Shown here one piece after another: positions 44,570-55,204 of a stretch of DNA of 64,000 nt; the first letter of the stretch is position 1, and each line of letters opens with the position of its first letter. The notes beneath the pieces are model-generated. The model was not told the origin of the DNA and did no database searches. It saw nothing but the letters and a program-made list of their open reading frames with translations. This DNA comes from Cyanophora paradoxa CCMP329 (taxonomy: Eukaryota > Plantae > Glaucophyta), in the NCBI GenBank assembly GCA_004431415.1, contig QPMI01000100.1, forward strand, positions 186,001 through 250,000. Direction: 5' to 3'. Made by a program: the position numbers and the translations under genes.

Positions 44570-45803
44570 ATGGAGACTAACAGCCAATTCCAGCGCCCAA
44601 CGCTGAAATCTATGCTCACCACCGATGACTACAAGGATTATTTCCTAAACAAGTCGCTGGTCATTGGAACGTCCTCTGGCACTAAGCCACTTCGAGTTCT
44701 GGTCGCCCCCGATACCGAACCAACCAATGCTCTTGGTAACCGAGTAGTTTTCAAAATCCCCCGCTACCATTTCCTGAATGGTCTCGCGCTGCAACTCGAT
44801 CTTAACCCGATCACCCTCACTGATCTCACGAATGGTGTCGCCGGAACTACTGGCTACCTTCGCGTTATTGGATCGTTAATTAAGCGCATTGAAATCTCTC
44901 ACGCTTCATTCCGCTATGTTGTCCCGGAAGATTTCGTCACCCAGTATTTTCTACTGATGACTGAACAGGGCGAACTCGATAAGAAACTTCGCTATGTGGG
45001 TGGTCTTGTCGGAACCGCTGGTAACACTGTCGGTGGAACCTACGAAATCGATTTACCCTCTCCTTTCGAAAAGGCGATGTTCCCACTTTGCGCTCTGAAC
45101 TCTGAGATCACAGTAGAAATCGAATTCAAGGCGCAAGGGGATGGTATCATCGAGGATGTGAACAATGTTGCTAATATTGCGGTAACCAACAATGGCGCTT
45201 CCCTTCAAGTGCTGAAACCCCGCGTTATTTGCAAGGTCGTAAATGCCGATGAGGCGGTTGTATCTGAGACCATTGCCCGTGTTAAATCGACTGGCATCGC
45301 GATCCCCTACAACGAAATCGGTTTCCTACACACAGATTTCCAGCCGACCGCCTCCGGTTCGCGAGTCAATCTCTCGCAACTCACAGGTGCGGGTCTCATC
45401 CACACTCTCGTATTTTCTGTGCGCCAAAACGCGAAGACGAAGGTGAACAACGGAACTCTCTCGGTTCTGGCTCCTCGTGCACTCAGAACCAACGCCGTAA
45501 GCTTCTATGTGGAACTCAACAATAACCGCCTTTACTCAAATACTTCGCTTCCTCTCATGATTGCCGCGACCGAACTTCAAGATAAATATAATTCGGCGAT
45601 CTTTACCGAGAGCACAAGCTACCCCGCGCTCACTGGCATTTATTTCGGTGCTGGAAACGGAAAAGCGTCGCTTCTCAACCAAGAGAACACCGGCTACATC
45701 GATGCCACAGGCACATCGGCGTTCGATCTGGTCTTCGAATTCAACGGTGTCACAACGGCAGCCGAAGGTTCATCAGAATGGTATGCATCATCGGCATATC
45801 AGA
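44570..45803 (+). pseudogene. Double jelly-roll major capsid protein of B, C-terminus truncated by element C
   Basis: GNRVVFKIPR, LIKRIEI and FPLCALNSEITVEIEF motifs. The last ~19 codons of the ORF (to 45862) are read from C's terminal hairpin. Confidence 0.8.
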
Positions 45804-45876
45804 ACACATATGAATATTCATATTTTAATCCCTCGGCGTTCCGCCTCAGGATTAAAATATGAATATTCATATGTGT
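45804..45876. repeat. Terminal hairpin of element C: perfect 28-bp inverted repeat with a 17-nt loop
   Basis: ACACATATGAATATTCATATTTTAATCC (45804-45831) and its reverse complement (45849-45876). Loop CTCGGCGTTCCGCCTCA. Confidence 0.95.
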
Positions 45877-45877
45877 G

Positions 45878-46105
45878 ATTCGATGTTATATCAATAAAAT
45901 CGATTAATTTATTTGAATTTTCACATGAATTTTCATATTTTTATATGCATTTTCAATTAATTTAATCGATGTTATATCGATAAACTCGATTAATCGATAT
46001 TGTATCTTAATTAGAGTTAATCGGAATTATATCAATAACTTCGATTGATCTTAATTGAATCCTAAATGAATTTAATCGGAATTATATCAATAAATTCGAT
46101 TAAAT
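45878..46105. repeat. Subterminal repeats TCGnnnTTATATCnATAAnnTCGATT, 4 copies
   Basis: Copies near 45880, 45965, 46020 and 46075. Confidence 0.8.
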
Positions 46106-46139
46106 CATGTTCTTTTCCGATTAAATCAATTAAATATTT

Positions 46140-46590
46140 AACTTTGTTACCATAAGTGGTCTAAGTTGACTCACTTTTCATAAACATTTTGAACTCTTAG
46201 TCTCCTTGAATTTCTTAAGATGACTCAACTTAGTCAACTTAGTCAACTTTGTTACCATAATCAATCAGGGTGGACTCACTTTTAGATCAACTTTGAAATT
46301 TCAAGCAAAATCAACTTTGATTTCAAAAGTGGATCTTCTAAGTGGACTCAAAATGTTCACTTTGTGATACATGTTTGCTATAATCCTTACTGTTTATGGT
46401 CAGGGTTGACTAAGTGGGGGGAGTTGACACATTTTTTGAAATCCTTTTTAGAAAACTTTTGGTCCCAAATATTTCCTGTGAAATTTGAGTCAACTCAACC
46501 CACTTAGTCAACCCTTGCATTGAATTCGTAACAAATTCCATATACTTTTACTACTTTTACGATTAATATGAGTCAACCTTGAGTCCACTT
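46140..46590. promoter_or_regulatory. Putative origin of C: inverted GTTGACT/AGTCAAC arrays
   Basis: Includes a perfect 17-bp inverted repeat at 46402-46418 and 46499-46515, in the same position as A's arrays. Confidence 0.5.
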
Positions 46591-46879
46591 TAATATAAAT
46601 ATTATATAATAGGGGGAATCAAGGGGAGATGCTGAGCTTTATTGTAAGGAAATCGAATAGTATTCGAAATACTTGACATTGCTTAATGTAGGGTGCATTC
46701 ATATTTTGGCTTCATCATACAGTAGAATTCTATCGTAAAAAATGTCCGGAATCCAGAAAATAATCATTGTAGAAAGCTATTATAGTAAAAGGATATATTA
46801 TGTCCTTTTGTAACAGTAGCTGATCAATGTTATTGTTAGAAAACAAAGGAATCCTTTCAAAACTCATTATAGAAAACCA

Positions 46880-47278
46880 TTAAAACGGAAATCTATCATG
46901 TGTATGTCTCTCAGTCTTCTCAAATGTGAGGAAATTCATTGTTTTATCGATCTCATCTGCAACTGCTTGTGTTTTATGCTGAGCTTCTTTACCACAACTG
47001 AATATATCAATTGCTAACATGCCTTCATTGGAATAACAATGAGCTGTGCAATGGCTTTCATCTAATAGCAGAACCAATGCAAAACCAGGAGGTGATACTT
47101 TGCCATCAAATATCTCACAGTGTTTATGAACAATCCTAATGCCTTGTCTTAATACTGCTTGTTCAAGGGTTCCCATAATCCAATTACCTAGGAAGCTCAC
47201 ATGCTCATGTCCTGTTGCAATAGCTGATTTAGCCTTGTAATCAAGCATAACATGAAAGCCTCTGTATTGAGTCTCCAT
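46880..47278 (-). CDS. speD: S-adenosylmethionine decarboxylase proenzyme
   Basis: LLDESHCTAHCY and AIDIFSCG motifs; orthologue of 16515..16913. Confidence 0.85.
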   Translation of the reverse strand: METQYRGFHVMLDYKAKSAIATGHEHVSFLGNWIMGTLEQAVLRQGIRIVHKHCEIFDGKVSPPGFALVLLLDESHCTAHCYSNEGMLAIDIFSCGKEAQHKTQAVADEIDKTMNFLTFEKTERHTHDRFPF

Positions 47279-47307
47279 TAAGAATACCTTCGAAAAATTA
47301 ATTAAAC

Positions 47308-47580
47308 CTAATCGAACCTAATGCAAATATCCCTATACTCTACTCTTATTGATGAAGTAGCCCTTTTCCTATGTGCTTGACTTTTTCTTTTATTACAGTC
47401 CCTACACCCTGATCCCTTCACATGATTAAAGGGATAGGTTAGGATCACCTTGTTACACTGCAAACATCTAACAGATACTTTCTCTTGAGCTTTGATGTAA
47501 TGTGTCTCACTGTAATCGAATTTATCTTTACCATGGACTGTCATAGCAGCATCAATAAACTTTTTTGTTTTACTATCCAT
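47308..47580 (-). CDS. Stand-alone zinc-ribbon DNA-binding module
   Basis: Orthologue of 17929..18201. Confidence 0.7.
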   Translation of the reverse strand: MDSKTKKFIDAAMTVHGKDKFDYSETHYIKAQEKVSVRCLQCNKVILTYPFNHVKGSGCRDCNKRKSQAHRKRATSSIRVEYRDICIRFD

Positions 47581-47602
47581 ATTCTATATATAACCAATAT
47601 TC

Positions 47603-48436
47603 TTATGGAGCAGTATCCTGCCCGAAAATGGGGAAATATCGATTTGTCCCATAGTATTCAGCATAGGTATTCTGCTTTGCAATAAAATCGGTTCTCTCTG
47701 CAAACATCACACATTTGTAGATACCAAACTTGGTGGCTCTCACTAAGAACTGATAGTCTTCCAAACCAAAATTGACTCCATGATAAGCAATTCCAAAGTT
47801 GTCATATGGGGTGATCACAACTGCAAAGTTGGGAGTTCCACCTTCAACTTGGCATACAGCATAAACATCTGGTGGAATATCTACAACAACCTTGTAGTGG
47901 TCACCAATCTCAACAAGGGAGTCTACTACTGCTGTTTGTTCATTTACAACAATGGGGAATATCTTTATAATGTATGGGGCATTCATGCTGGGGACATAGG
48001 TTCGAATTCTTGTGTTGGGATCAATGGGATTGGGTTGATCATTCACAAATAGAGGCGCTCCAACAGCCCCACCAACCCTAAGACCATCACCAATATAAGC
48101 TCCCCCCGATTTGCAGTTAATAGCTCCCGACCTAGATTCAAAAGAATAAGTAGACAGAGGATCTCCATAGCTATCTGGGTCTCCATAATGAGCAGAAAAG
48201 TTTGCATTTGTGACAAGTAGCTTAGTTGTCTTAACTATTCCATTATTTTTATCACATCTGAGTTCCTGTAATCTCAGCTTGTGGGTGGAACCAAATGTAT
48301 TCATTGTAGGTTGGACCTCTGTGGATTGGAGACCTTCCACATCATCAAAAGTAGCATGCTGTAAAACATGGTTTGCTGGGGCAGCTAATGATAGCTGTGG
48401 TGTAATAATTCGTTCAAGTGGGGGTTGCTCAGCCAT
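47603..48436 (-). CDS. Putative virion/fibre-associated protein
   Basis: Orthologue of 18223..19068. Confidence 0.6.
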   Translation of the reverse strand: MAEQPPLERIITPQLSLAAPANHVLQHATFDDVEGLQSTEVQPTMNTFGSTHKLRLQELRCDKNNGIVKTTKLLVTNANFSAHYGDPDSYGDPLSTYSFESRSGAINCKSGGAYIGDGLRVGGAVGAPLFVNDQPNPIDPNTRIRTYVPSMNAPYIIKIFPIVVNEQTAVVDSLVEIGDHYKVVVDIPPDVYAVCQVEGGTPNFAVVITPYDNFGIAYHGVNFGLEDYQFLVRATKFGIYKCVMFAERTDFIAKQNTYAEYYGTNRYFPIFGQDTAP

Positions 48437-48459
48437 TTTACATTAAAGGGATATATCTT

Positions 48460-49305
48460 TTATGGGGTTGGGTCATCAATTACATCTGGTTCCGAATAAA
48501 ACCCTGTTTGAGAAAGAGTATCAGGAGTAACACCTCTTAGAGCTGAGACAGCAGCTATATCTGTTCTGATACCCATAACTGTAATTGTATATTTTCCAAT
48601 ATCTGTAACAAACAGATCATAGGTGAAATTGTTATTATAAACACAGAACCCTGTGCCGAAATGATCATATCCTTGAACATTGAAATTGTATCTGTGACCT
48701 GGCTGGTTATTGTTGGCTCTACATAAAGAAAGCATTGCAGAAGGAATGACCAGCCCTCTCATTACTCTTTTGGTTCCTTCAATCAATTCAGAGTTTTCAA
48801 GTGTGACAGTATAACCTTGGTAAAATTGAATAAGTGGCTGTTGTGCAACTGGTATATATAATCGAATTCGTTGGGGGTCATCCACATTCTGTTCAAGAGT
48901 ATCTGGGACATCATTATACGAAATTGAGGATGAAAGCTGACCTGAAACTCTGCAACCTCCACCAATAAAAGCTCCTCCTGATCTCACAGTTACAGCAGCA
49001 GAATTCTTATCGAAATCAAGGGCTTTCAGATCAACACTGTAAGCATCTGGACCTCCATTAGTAGGTTGGAAGAAGTTTGCATTTGTGACAAGAAGCCGAG
49101 TTGTTTTCACCACACCAGAATTCTTATCAGCTCTCAGCTCTTTAACTCGAATAATCGAATTTTTATCAAAGGAGTTACCATTGGAATTGGGTCTCTCTGT
49201 GGATTCTAAACCACGAACCTCATCATTAACTTCATGCTGGCGAAAGTGCATTGCAGGGGATCCAAGGGAATATATTGGAAGTTGAACTCGATTATATTCA
49301 CCCAT
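48460..49305 (-). CDS. Putative virion/fibre-associated protein
   Basis: Orthologue of 19088..19930; start moved to MGEYNRVQ. Confidence 0.6.
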   Translation of the reverse strand: MGEYNRVQLPIYSLGSPAMHFRQHEVNDEVRGLESTERPNSNGNSFDKNSIIRVKELRADKNSGVVKTTRLLVTNANFFQPTNGGPDAYSVDLKALDFDKNSAAVTVRSGGAFIGGGCRVSGQLSSSISYNDVPDTLEQNVDDPQRIRLYIPVAQQPLIQFYQGYTVTLENSELIEGTKRVMRGLVIPSAMLSLCRANNNQPGHRYNFNVQGYDHFGTGFCVYNNNFTYDLFVTDIGKYTITVMGIRTDIAAVSALRGVTPDTLSQTGFYSEPDVIDDPTP

Positions 49306-49344
49306 TGCTTCTTTTACTAAAAAGGAAAGAAAAATAAACTGCAA

Positions 49345-49650
49345 TCAAGCCAAAGTGATTAAATTCGATCCAAGGGATTGGTAGGCAACTGAAAGTGTTT
49401 GAAGGTTAGATGTCATTGCTTTGATGTTGTTATCACATTCAGTGTATTTAGCTACAGGGTCACCATATGCAGATTTGGCAAGGACATTAACCAAGAGGTT
49501 TTTATACTCATTTACAACTGGTGAGAGCTTGTTAGTTTGCTGAATCGTTTTTTCAACTGTTTGTAATGCGTTTACAAGGGTGATTGTATCAAAAGAAAGC
49601 GCAACTGGCTCAGTAGAAAAGGTGGTTCCACCAAGTGGATAGGTCGCCAT
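49345..49650 (-). CDS. Conserved 101-aa hypothetical protein
   Basis: Orthologue of 19967..20275. Confidence 0.75.
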   Translation of the reverse strand: MATYPLGGTTFSTEPVALSFDTITLVNALQTVEKTIQQTNKLSPVVNEYKNLLVNVLAKSAYGDPVAKYTECDNNIKAMTSNLQTLSVAYQSLGSNLITLA

Positions 49651-49653
49651 TTA

Positions 49654-52600
49654 TTATAATGTGACATTTTTAATTTGGTTTATTTGACTTTGGAGATTCT
49701 CACAGGTTTCTGTTAAATCTTTGCATTTCTGGGATAATTCCTTTACAGCTTCTATGAGAACTGGAATTAAACCTGTGTATGCAAGGGTTAAATAGTTTTC
49801 GTGATTTTTACCTACTACTTCTGGTATGACTTTTTGGACATCTTGGGCAATCAAACCTAAGTTAACTTTCTGTTTTTCATCACCAATCTTTTTATAACTC
49901 ACACCCTGTAATTTCTCGATTGCTGAAAGGGCGCCGGTTATATTTTTAATGTCGGTTTTGTATCTTCTATCACTTCCTTGTGTAAGCCATCCCCAAAAGT
50001 AAGCGTTACCATCATTATAAAAAGCTTGCATTGTTATATCAATTCCATTTCTAAAATGGATCATTTCGTAACCATAACCTTTAATGTATGTAGTTGATGA
50101 TGAACCAAAATAAACTCTCCCATAATTATCATCTGATGTTATCCAAGTTCCGGTAGCCCAAGTTGTGCGAGCATCTTTACTAAAAACGTTATCCCAACTT
50201 ATAAAACCATTTGCTGGTGCTGTTCTTCCTTTTTCTTTTGTCCAACCAATCATGCCAATGTGACATCTCCCTTTTCTTGCAACAAATCTAACATGAGAAA
50301 ATGTATCACAATGGAAAGAAGTCCATGTTAAGCCATCATGCCAATCTGAATCGTAATTATTTGAAACGGCTTGGTAGCAATTCACCCTCATAATGTGATG
50401 CCACCTCCCATTTCGATAGCCTCCAATATCGAAATATCTGCAATTTGTCCAACACATATACTGAACATGACATGTTTTCATATTACCAGGGACTTCAATT
50501 TGCGCCCAATCAGAGCTGGTTGTATCATCTGAAATGTTACTATAAAATCCATCGACTGGATTAGTGGTCGTAGGTTTCCAACCTGTTGACCAACCACCAC
50601 TAAATGATAGACCATAGGAACCTGTCCCACTCCAAGTATCAAAACTTGTAATATTTCCGATTGAATTAGTGACATCTGTTAACGACAGATAGGATGTAGG
50701 TATAGTCGGTTTACTATACACATTATTCCAATGAATATAACCAGTGTGACCACCATAGCTATGCCCAACCCATATTTTCATGAAACTAATACCCATAATG
50801 TGAACCCTTCCAATTCTTGCTTGAATTCGAATCCTTACAAATCGGTTTCCTAGGAAGATGGGGACATTATTCACACCACTATGGTTATCATTTGCAGACC
50901 CTGCATAAGGGTGATAATTGTTGACAGTTGTTATGAAAATCGCATTGCCTTGTCGATTTATTCCCCAAATCTCGAAAATTCGTGTGTTGCCCCATGGTAG
51001 ATGAGTTAGAAATGCTGACCCTGTGTGTAATCCATCGGGTATATTGTATTCAATCCAAGCGGAAGAGGTTTGGTCATCCACTTCATTATTGTATGCATGC
51101 CCACCATAGTTAAAATAGGGTTCCCAAGCTGAACCATAACCAAAATTCCAACCTCCAGAATAATTATATGGAGAACTGCCTGCAACATATCCATCATTTG
51201 AGTGAAGCTTAGGAACAGCATTACCATTTATTTGAAGATTCGTAGTAGCATTAATGGTAGATGCTGTGAGGGTATTATTGACCCAAAGGTTACCATTGTC
51301 ATAAGACTTCAAAATGGCTGTATCTCCTGAATTTCTAAATTCAATTGACACACCTTCACTATTCCCATATCCTCGAATATATGTAGTATTACCACTACCA
51401 AACCAAAACCTTGGAATATTATCTGTTGATTTGTGCCAGTCCACAGAGTTCACTGTCAAAAGATCACCTAAAACGTTAGGGACTTCTGCCTTTGTTGCAT
51501 AAGTGCCTGCAAAATCAGGTTTACTAAATACATTATCCCAAGAGATCATCCCAACCTCATTATCTGTTGCCCTCTGTCTACTCCACCCAAAAACACCTGT
51601 GAGATGAATGCGACCTTTTCGACCTTGGACATAAATATATTTGTAGAATTCGCAATTGATAGAGACAAACAAGATTGTATTGTGTGTTCCATCCTGATTC
51701 ACCTGTTGTATACCCTGATAGGCATTTACTCGCTTTAAGAAATGTTGATATCCATTAGTTGTTTGCCCATAGATATCGAAATATCTGCAATTATACCAAG
51801 GCATGTGCTGGATATAAAATGATTTCATACCTGTGGGAATGAGCCACCTCATCCAACAACCACTGCAATCTTCATCATTTTGTGGTGTGGTATGACATCC
51901 ATTTTGCCCTGTTCTTGATGCCCATGTAACAGTCCAGTTATTTGCAGATCTGTCTGTCGAAATAACATCTAATTGGTCGAAATCGTAACCTTTTGGAATT
52001 GTTGTTCCACCAATTTGTAAAGTGGTAGCATTCACAGTTCCTGTGACAGTCCCACCTGTAAGAGGCAAATAGTTTGCAAGAGTTGTTGTTAACTCTGCAT
52101 CAGTTGTATAACTGCTTAAATCTGCTGAGGTAAGATACCCTTTATTGGTAAGGTAATCATCTGTGACCACACCTGAAAGGGTTGTATTGTGTAAGTTTTT
52201 CGCTGCCATCCTCTGATTGACTTCTAAGGCTCCACCTGATGTCGTTTTAATCCATGCCATCTCACATTTCCCATGATCATCTGTGGGTTGTCCCACAACA
52301 GGAAGGTAGTTTACAACTTTCTCCCTTGTGAACACAATCTTAGGTCTTGCTCCATCATATGGGCTTTGATCTGTAACGTTTATTTGAATAGCTGCTGAAA
52401 AATCGGCTACTTGTCCTGTTTCACCTGGGTGATAATTCGTAACATAGATACTGGGGAAAGTATCATTTACTCCTACATTGAAATCACCATCATAAACTCC
52501 ATTTACAATTGGATCCCTGGGTAATCTTACTGCAAGAGTTCCCTCCATTGGAGTGCCTGTTTGACCTGTAAAAGTCCCATTGAGACTAACATAATGATCA

Positions 52601-55161
52601 TTCAGATACAATCTTTCAGGTGTATTACTCGATTGGTAAAGTGTGACTCCATTGAAAACATTTCCGATTGCATTCAATTGTGCAAACACTGGTTGTTGGT
52701 CGATTTCATTCCAAGGGTGTCTGTGATTGCAGTTGGTGATCTGGGAGTAATCATGACTGTGTGGATCAGGTGGAAAAGTTAATGGTGGATTTGTAATATG
52801 CTCCCATAAATGCTCATGAGAACTGGGTGGGAAGGTTAATGGTGGATTTGTTATATGCTCCCATAAATGCTCATGTGCAAAATCTGTTATTTCATCTTTT
52901 GTGTGGGTGTGGTTATCGATCCAACCTAAAACTATATTGGATGTAGGATGATTTGGTAGATTCGCTTCAATATTCACAGTCAAATAGTCAACTTCTAGAT
53001 TACTTCCATAAATATTACTTGCCCATAGGTTACTTGTGAAAATGTTACTTGTATAAAGGTTACTGGTGTAAATGTTACTTGTGACTGTAAGGTTTGTGTC
53101 ATTTTTGATCACAAAAAGAGAGAGAGTATTTGTGAGTTCACCTTCATCAATATATCCTTGATCTTCTAGATAATCCTCTGTGACCACTCTCGAAATATTT
53201 TCATTGTGTATGTTTTTTGCAGCCATCCTCTGATTAGCTTCCAGGACCCCACCATAATCTGTTTTAATCCATGCAAGCTCTGCCCTCCCATAGTTATCAT
53301 GTGCAGTTCCCACTATGGGAATGTAGGAATATTTATCTCGACTGAATACTATCATTGGTCTTGAGCCATCTAAACTGCTTACATCTGCTACATGAACCTG
53401 TATAGCAGAGTTGTAATTTTGGTAGGTTGCTGGGTCTGTAGGGACTCTGAATGTATCTGTGGGAATGTCAGCCTCCATGTAGCTTGACACAAAGATATTT
53501 GGTATGGTTGCTCCTGGTTCTGGTGGTGGATTATAAGAGCCTGGTAATGTTCTAATATGCAATGGTCCTATCATAGCTGAATTTGCAAGTGTCCCTTCCA
53601 CATGAACATAGTGGTGATTCAAAAAGATCCTTTCAGGGACATTGCAAGTCTGGTAAAGAGAAACTCCCAGAGTAGCAAGAGGCTCTACTTTTGCGAATTC
53701 TGGTTGGTCATTGATCTCATCCCAGGTGTGTTCATGGTTGCTTGCTGCAAACTTATCTGGTATCCCATCCAGATCACCCCAATCATGCCTGTGATCCTCT
53801 GGTGGATACTTTTGAGGTTTGCCTAAGATTTCATCCCAATCATGGTTGTGATCCTCTGGGGGATACTTTGCAGGTTTATTATTAATTTGTTCATAATCAG
53901 GAAAGAACTCCCAGATCTCAGGTCGAAATCCATCTGGTAACAATTCCTCATGGGGTTCATAAGGTTGCTCATAGTCAACAGCTGGTGGATCATGCCCATC
54001 TGGCAAATACTCCTCATCAGGTTCATAGTTCTGCTCATACTCAAACTCTTGTGGATCTAAGCCATCTGGTAGTATCTCCTCCTCATTGGGATCAAACTGA
54101 TCATATTCATATTCTTGTGGGTCAAAACCATCTGGTAAATAATCTTCCTCATCTGGGACGAATTGGTATTCATCAAGCTCTAATATATCGACTTCAGGAG
54201 GTAAATACTGCTCATCTATTTGCTTTTTTGGTTCAATTATAGGTTTATTGCGAACTTGCTCCCAACTAACAATGTGTTGCCCAAAAGGAACTGTCTCATC
54301 TGCTGTGTACTCTCTGCCTGGTTGCTTTTTCGGTGTTAAATCCGGTGGATCCCATGGAAGAGGGAAGGGAACTGGGACAGGTCCATAATACTCAAAGATC
54401 TCTCTTATGGTCTTCTCACTTACAAGCTTCTCTCCATTTGCATACACATTGCTGCCATGGATATTTCGCCATTGCCTGGTTCTTATTCCAAGGTCTTTCA
54501 CATTGCTATACAAAGGCAAAAGGTGCCTATCCATTTCAACAAGATCAGGATGTAAATGGATTGCTACTGGTTGACTGGGGCTACTGTTGATTGTAATTGA
54601 TGGCTTTTTTTGATGGACATCTTTTGGAGTAAAGAACCCAAAAGGCTCATTCCTTGCAAAGTCATATGTAATATCCTTGGGGTAGACATCATTTGTGTAG
54701 GAGACCTGATTTGTGTTGGCAATGGGACCCACTTGCAATACTTGGGGGACCTCAGCTTTTGCAGTGCTGCCCTCATTGTAAATTCGCAAACCTGTGTTCT
54801 GTTTGCCCTGCTCATCTTGAACATTGAAAATCAATCGACCACTATCAAACCTAGAAGGTATATCTGGGTGAGTGCCACTGGTTTTGAGTTTCCTAGGTCT
54901 CCTTCTTGTTGCTTTGATCTCTGCCACTTGGTTTGCTTTCACATTACCCAAGCTAAAAGCTACACTGACTTCCTCCTTATCTGGATCGGTTTGATTCACA
55001 GATAAAGCATGCTCCCTTGATTGAGTCTTGGATGAATTATCGGAACTGTGGTCAATCGAAACTGAACCCTTTACTTTAATATTATCAAAGTTCACATGCT
55101 TGGTGCTGCTTGCATTATCATCTTGAATGGTTTCTAGATTGGGTGGGTAATTGAAGCTCAT
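49654..55161 (-). CDS. Giant fibre protein (1835 aa) with C-terminal intramolecular chaperone/peptidase S74 domain
   Basis: HxHxW repeats, YLPLTGGT motif, repeated RYFDI.G beta domains, SDRRYKTDI...GLIAQDVQKVIPEVV...LIEAVKEL. Confidence 0.85.
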   Translation of the reverse strand: MSFNYPPNLETIQDDNASSTKHVNFDNIKVKGSVSIDHSSDNSSKTQSREHALSVNQTDPDKEEVSVAFSLGNVKANQVAEIKATRRRPRKLKTSGTHPDIPSRFDSGRLIFNVQDEQGKQNTGLRIYNEGSTAKAEVPQVLQVGPIANTNQVSYTNDVYPKDITYDFARNEPFGFFTPKDVHQKKPSITINSSPSQPVAIHLHPDLVEMDRHLLPLYSNVKDLGIRTRQWRNIHGSNVYANGEKLVSEKTIREIFEYYGPVPVPFPLPWDPPDLTPKKQPGREYTADETVPFGQHIVSWEQVRNKPIIEPKKQIDEQYLPPEVDILELDEYQFVPDEEDYLPDGFDPQEYEYDQFDPNEEEILPDGLDPQEFEYEQNYEPDEEYLPDGHDPPAVDYEQPYEPHEELLPDGFRPEIWEFFPDYEQINNKPAKYPPEDHNHDWDEILGKPQKYPPEDHRHDWGDLDGIPDKFAASNHEHTWDEINDQPEFAKVEPLATLGVSLYQTCNVPERIFLNHHYVHVEGTLANSAMIGPLHIRTLPGSYNPPPEPGATIPNIFVSSYMEADIPTDTFRVPTDPATYQNYNSAIQVHVADVSSLDGSRPMIVFSRDKYSYIPIVGTAHDNYGRAELAWIKTDYGGVLEANQRMAAKNIHNENISRVVTEDYLEDQGYIDEGELTNTLSLFVIKNDTNLTVTSNIYTSNLYTSNIFTSNLWASNIYGSNLEVDYLTVNIEANLPNHPTSNIVLGWIDNHTHTKDEITDFAHEHLWEHITNPPLTFPPSSHEHLWEHITNPPLTFPPDPHSHDYSQITNCNHRHPWNEIDQQPVFAQLNAIGNVFNGVTLYQSSNTPERLYLNDHYVSLNGTFTGQTGTPMEGTLAVRLPRDPIVNGVYDGDFNVGVNDTFPSIYVTNYHPGETGQVADFSAAIQINVTDQSPYDGARPKIVFTREKVVNYLPVVGQPTDDHGKCEMAWIKTTSGGALEVNQRMAAKNLHNTTLSGVVTDDYLTNKGYLTSADLSSYTTDAELTTTLANYLPLTGGTVTGTVNATTLQIGGTTIPKGYDFDQLDVISTDRSANNWTVTWASRTGQNGCHTTPQNDEDCSGCWMRWLIPTGMKSFYIQHMPWYNCRYFDIYGQTTNGYQHFLKRVNAYQGIQQVNQDGTHNTILFVSINCEFYKYIYVQGRKGRIHLTGVFGWSRQRATDNEVGMISWDNVFSKPDFAGTYATKAEVPNVLGDLLTVNSVDWHKSTDNIPRFWFGSGNTTYIRGYGNSEGVSIEFRNSGDTAILKSYDNGNLWVNNTLTASTINATTNLQINGNAVPKLHSNDGYVAGSSPYNYSGGWNFGYGSAWEPYFNYGGHAYNNEVDDQTSSAWIEYNIPDGLHTGSAFLTHLPWGNTRIFEIWGINRQGNAIFITTVNNYHPYAGSANDNHSGVNNVPIFLGNRFVRIRIQARIGRVHIMGISFMKIWVGHSYGGHTGYIHWNNVYSKPTIPTSYLSLTDVTNSIGNITSFDTWSGTGSYGLSFSGGWSTGWKPTTTNPVDGFYSNISDDTTSSDWAQIEVPGNMKTCHVQYMCWTNCRYFDIGGYRNGRWHHIMRVNCYQAVSNNYDSDWHDGLTWTSFHCDTFSHVRFVARKGRCHIGMIGWTKEKGRTAPANGFISWDNVFSKDARTTWATGTWITSDDNYGRVYFGSSSTTYIKGYGYEMIHFRNGIDITMQAFYNDGNAYFWGWLTQGSDRRYKTDIKNITGALSAIEKLQGVSYKKIGDEKQKVNLGLIAQDVQKVIPEVVGKNHENYLTLAYTGLIPVLIEAVKELSQKCKDLTETCENLQSQINQIKNVTL

Positions 55162-55204
55162 GGCTTTTACTATATGGATTTATAAAATTCTTGATAAGTA
55201 AAAG

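Larger units (their letters stand above)
30755..45803. mobile_element. Endogenous Polinton-like virus B (left part, rve integrase type) nested in A
   Basis: Has its own terminal repeats, integrase, fibres, patatin, two pentons and MCP. It replaces the penton expected after A's patatin. The left boundary is uncertain by a few bp. Confidence 0.8.

Noticed and set aside
45804-45862. C-terminal residues of the ORF-track MCP (NTYEYSYFNPSAFRLRIKI)
   Set aside because: Read-through into element C's terminal hairpin, not native capsid sequence.
20279-55161. Diversity-generating retroelement acting on the fibres
   Set aside because: No reverse transcriptase and no template/variable repeat pair with adenine-specific differences.
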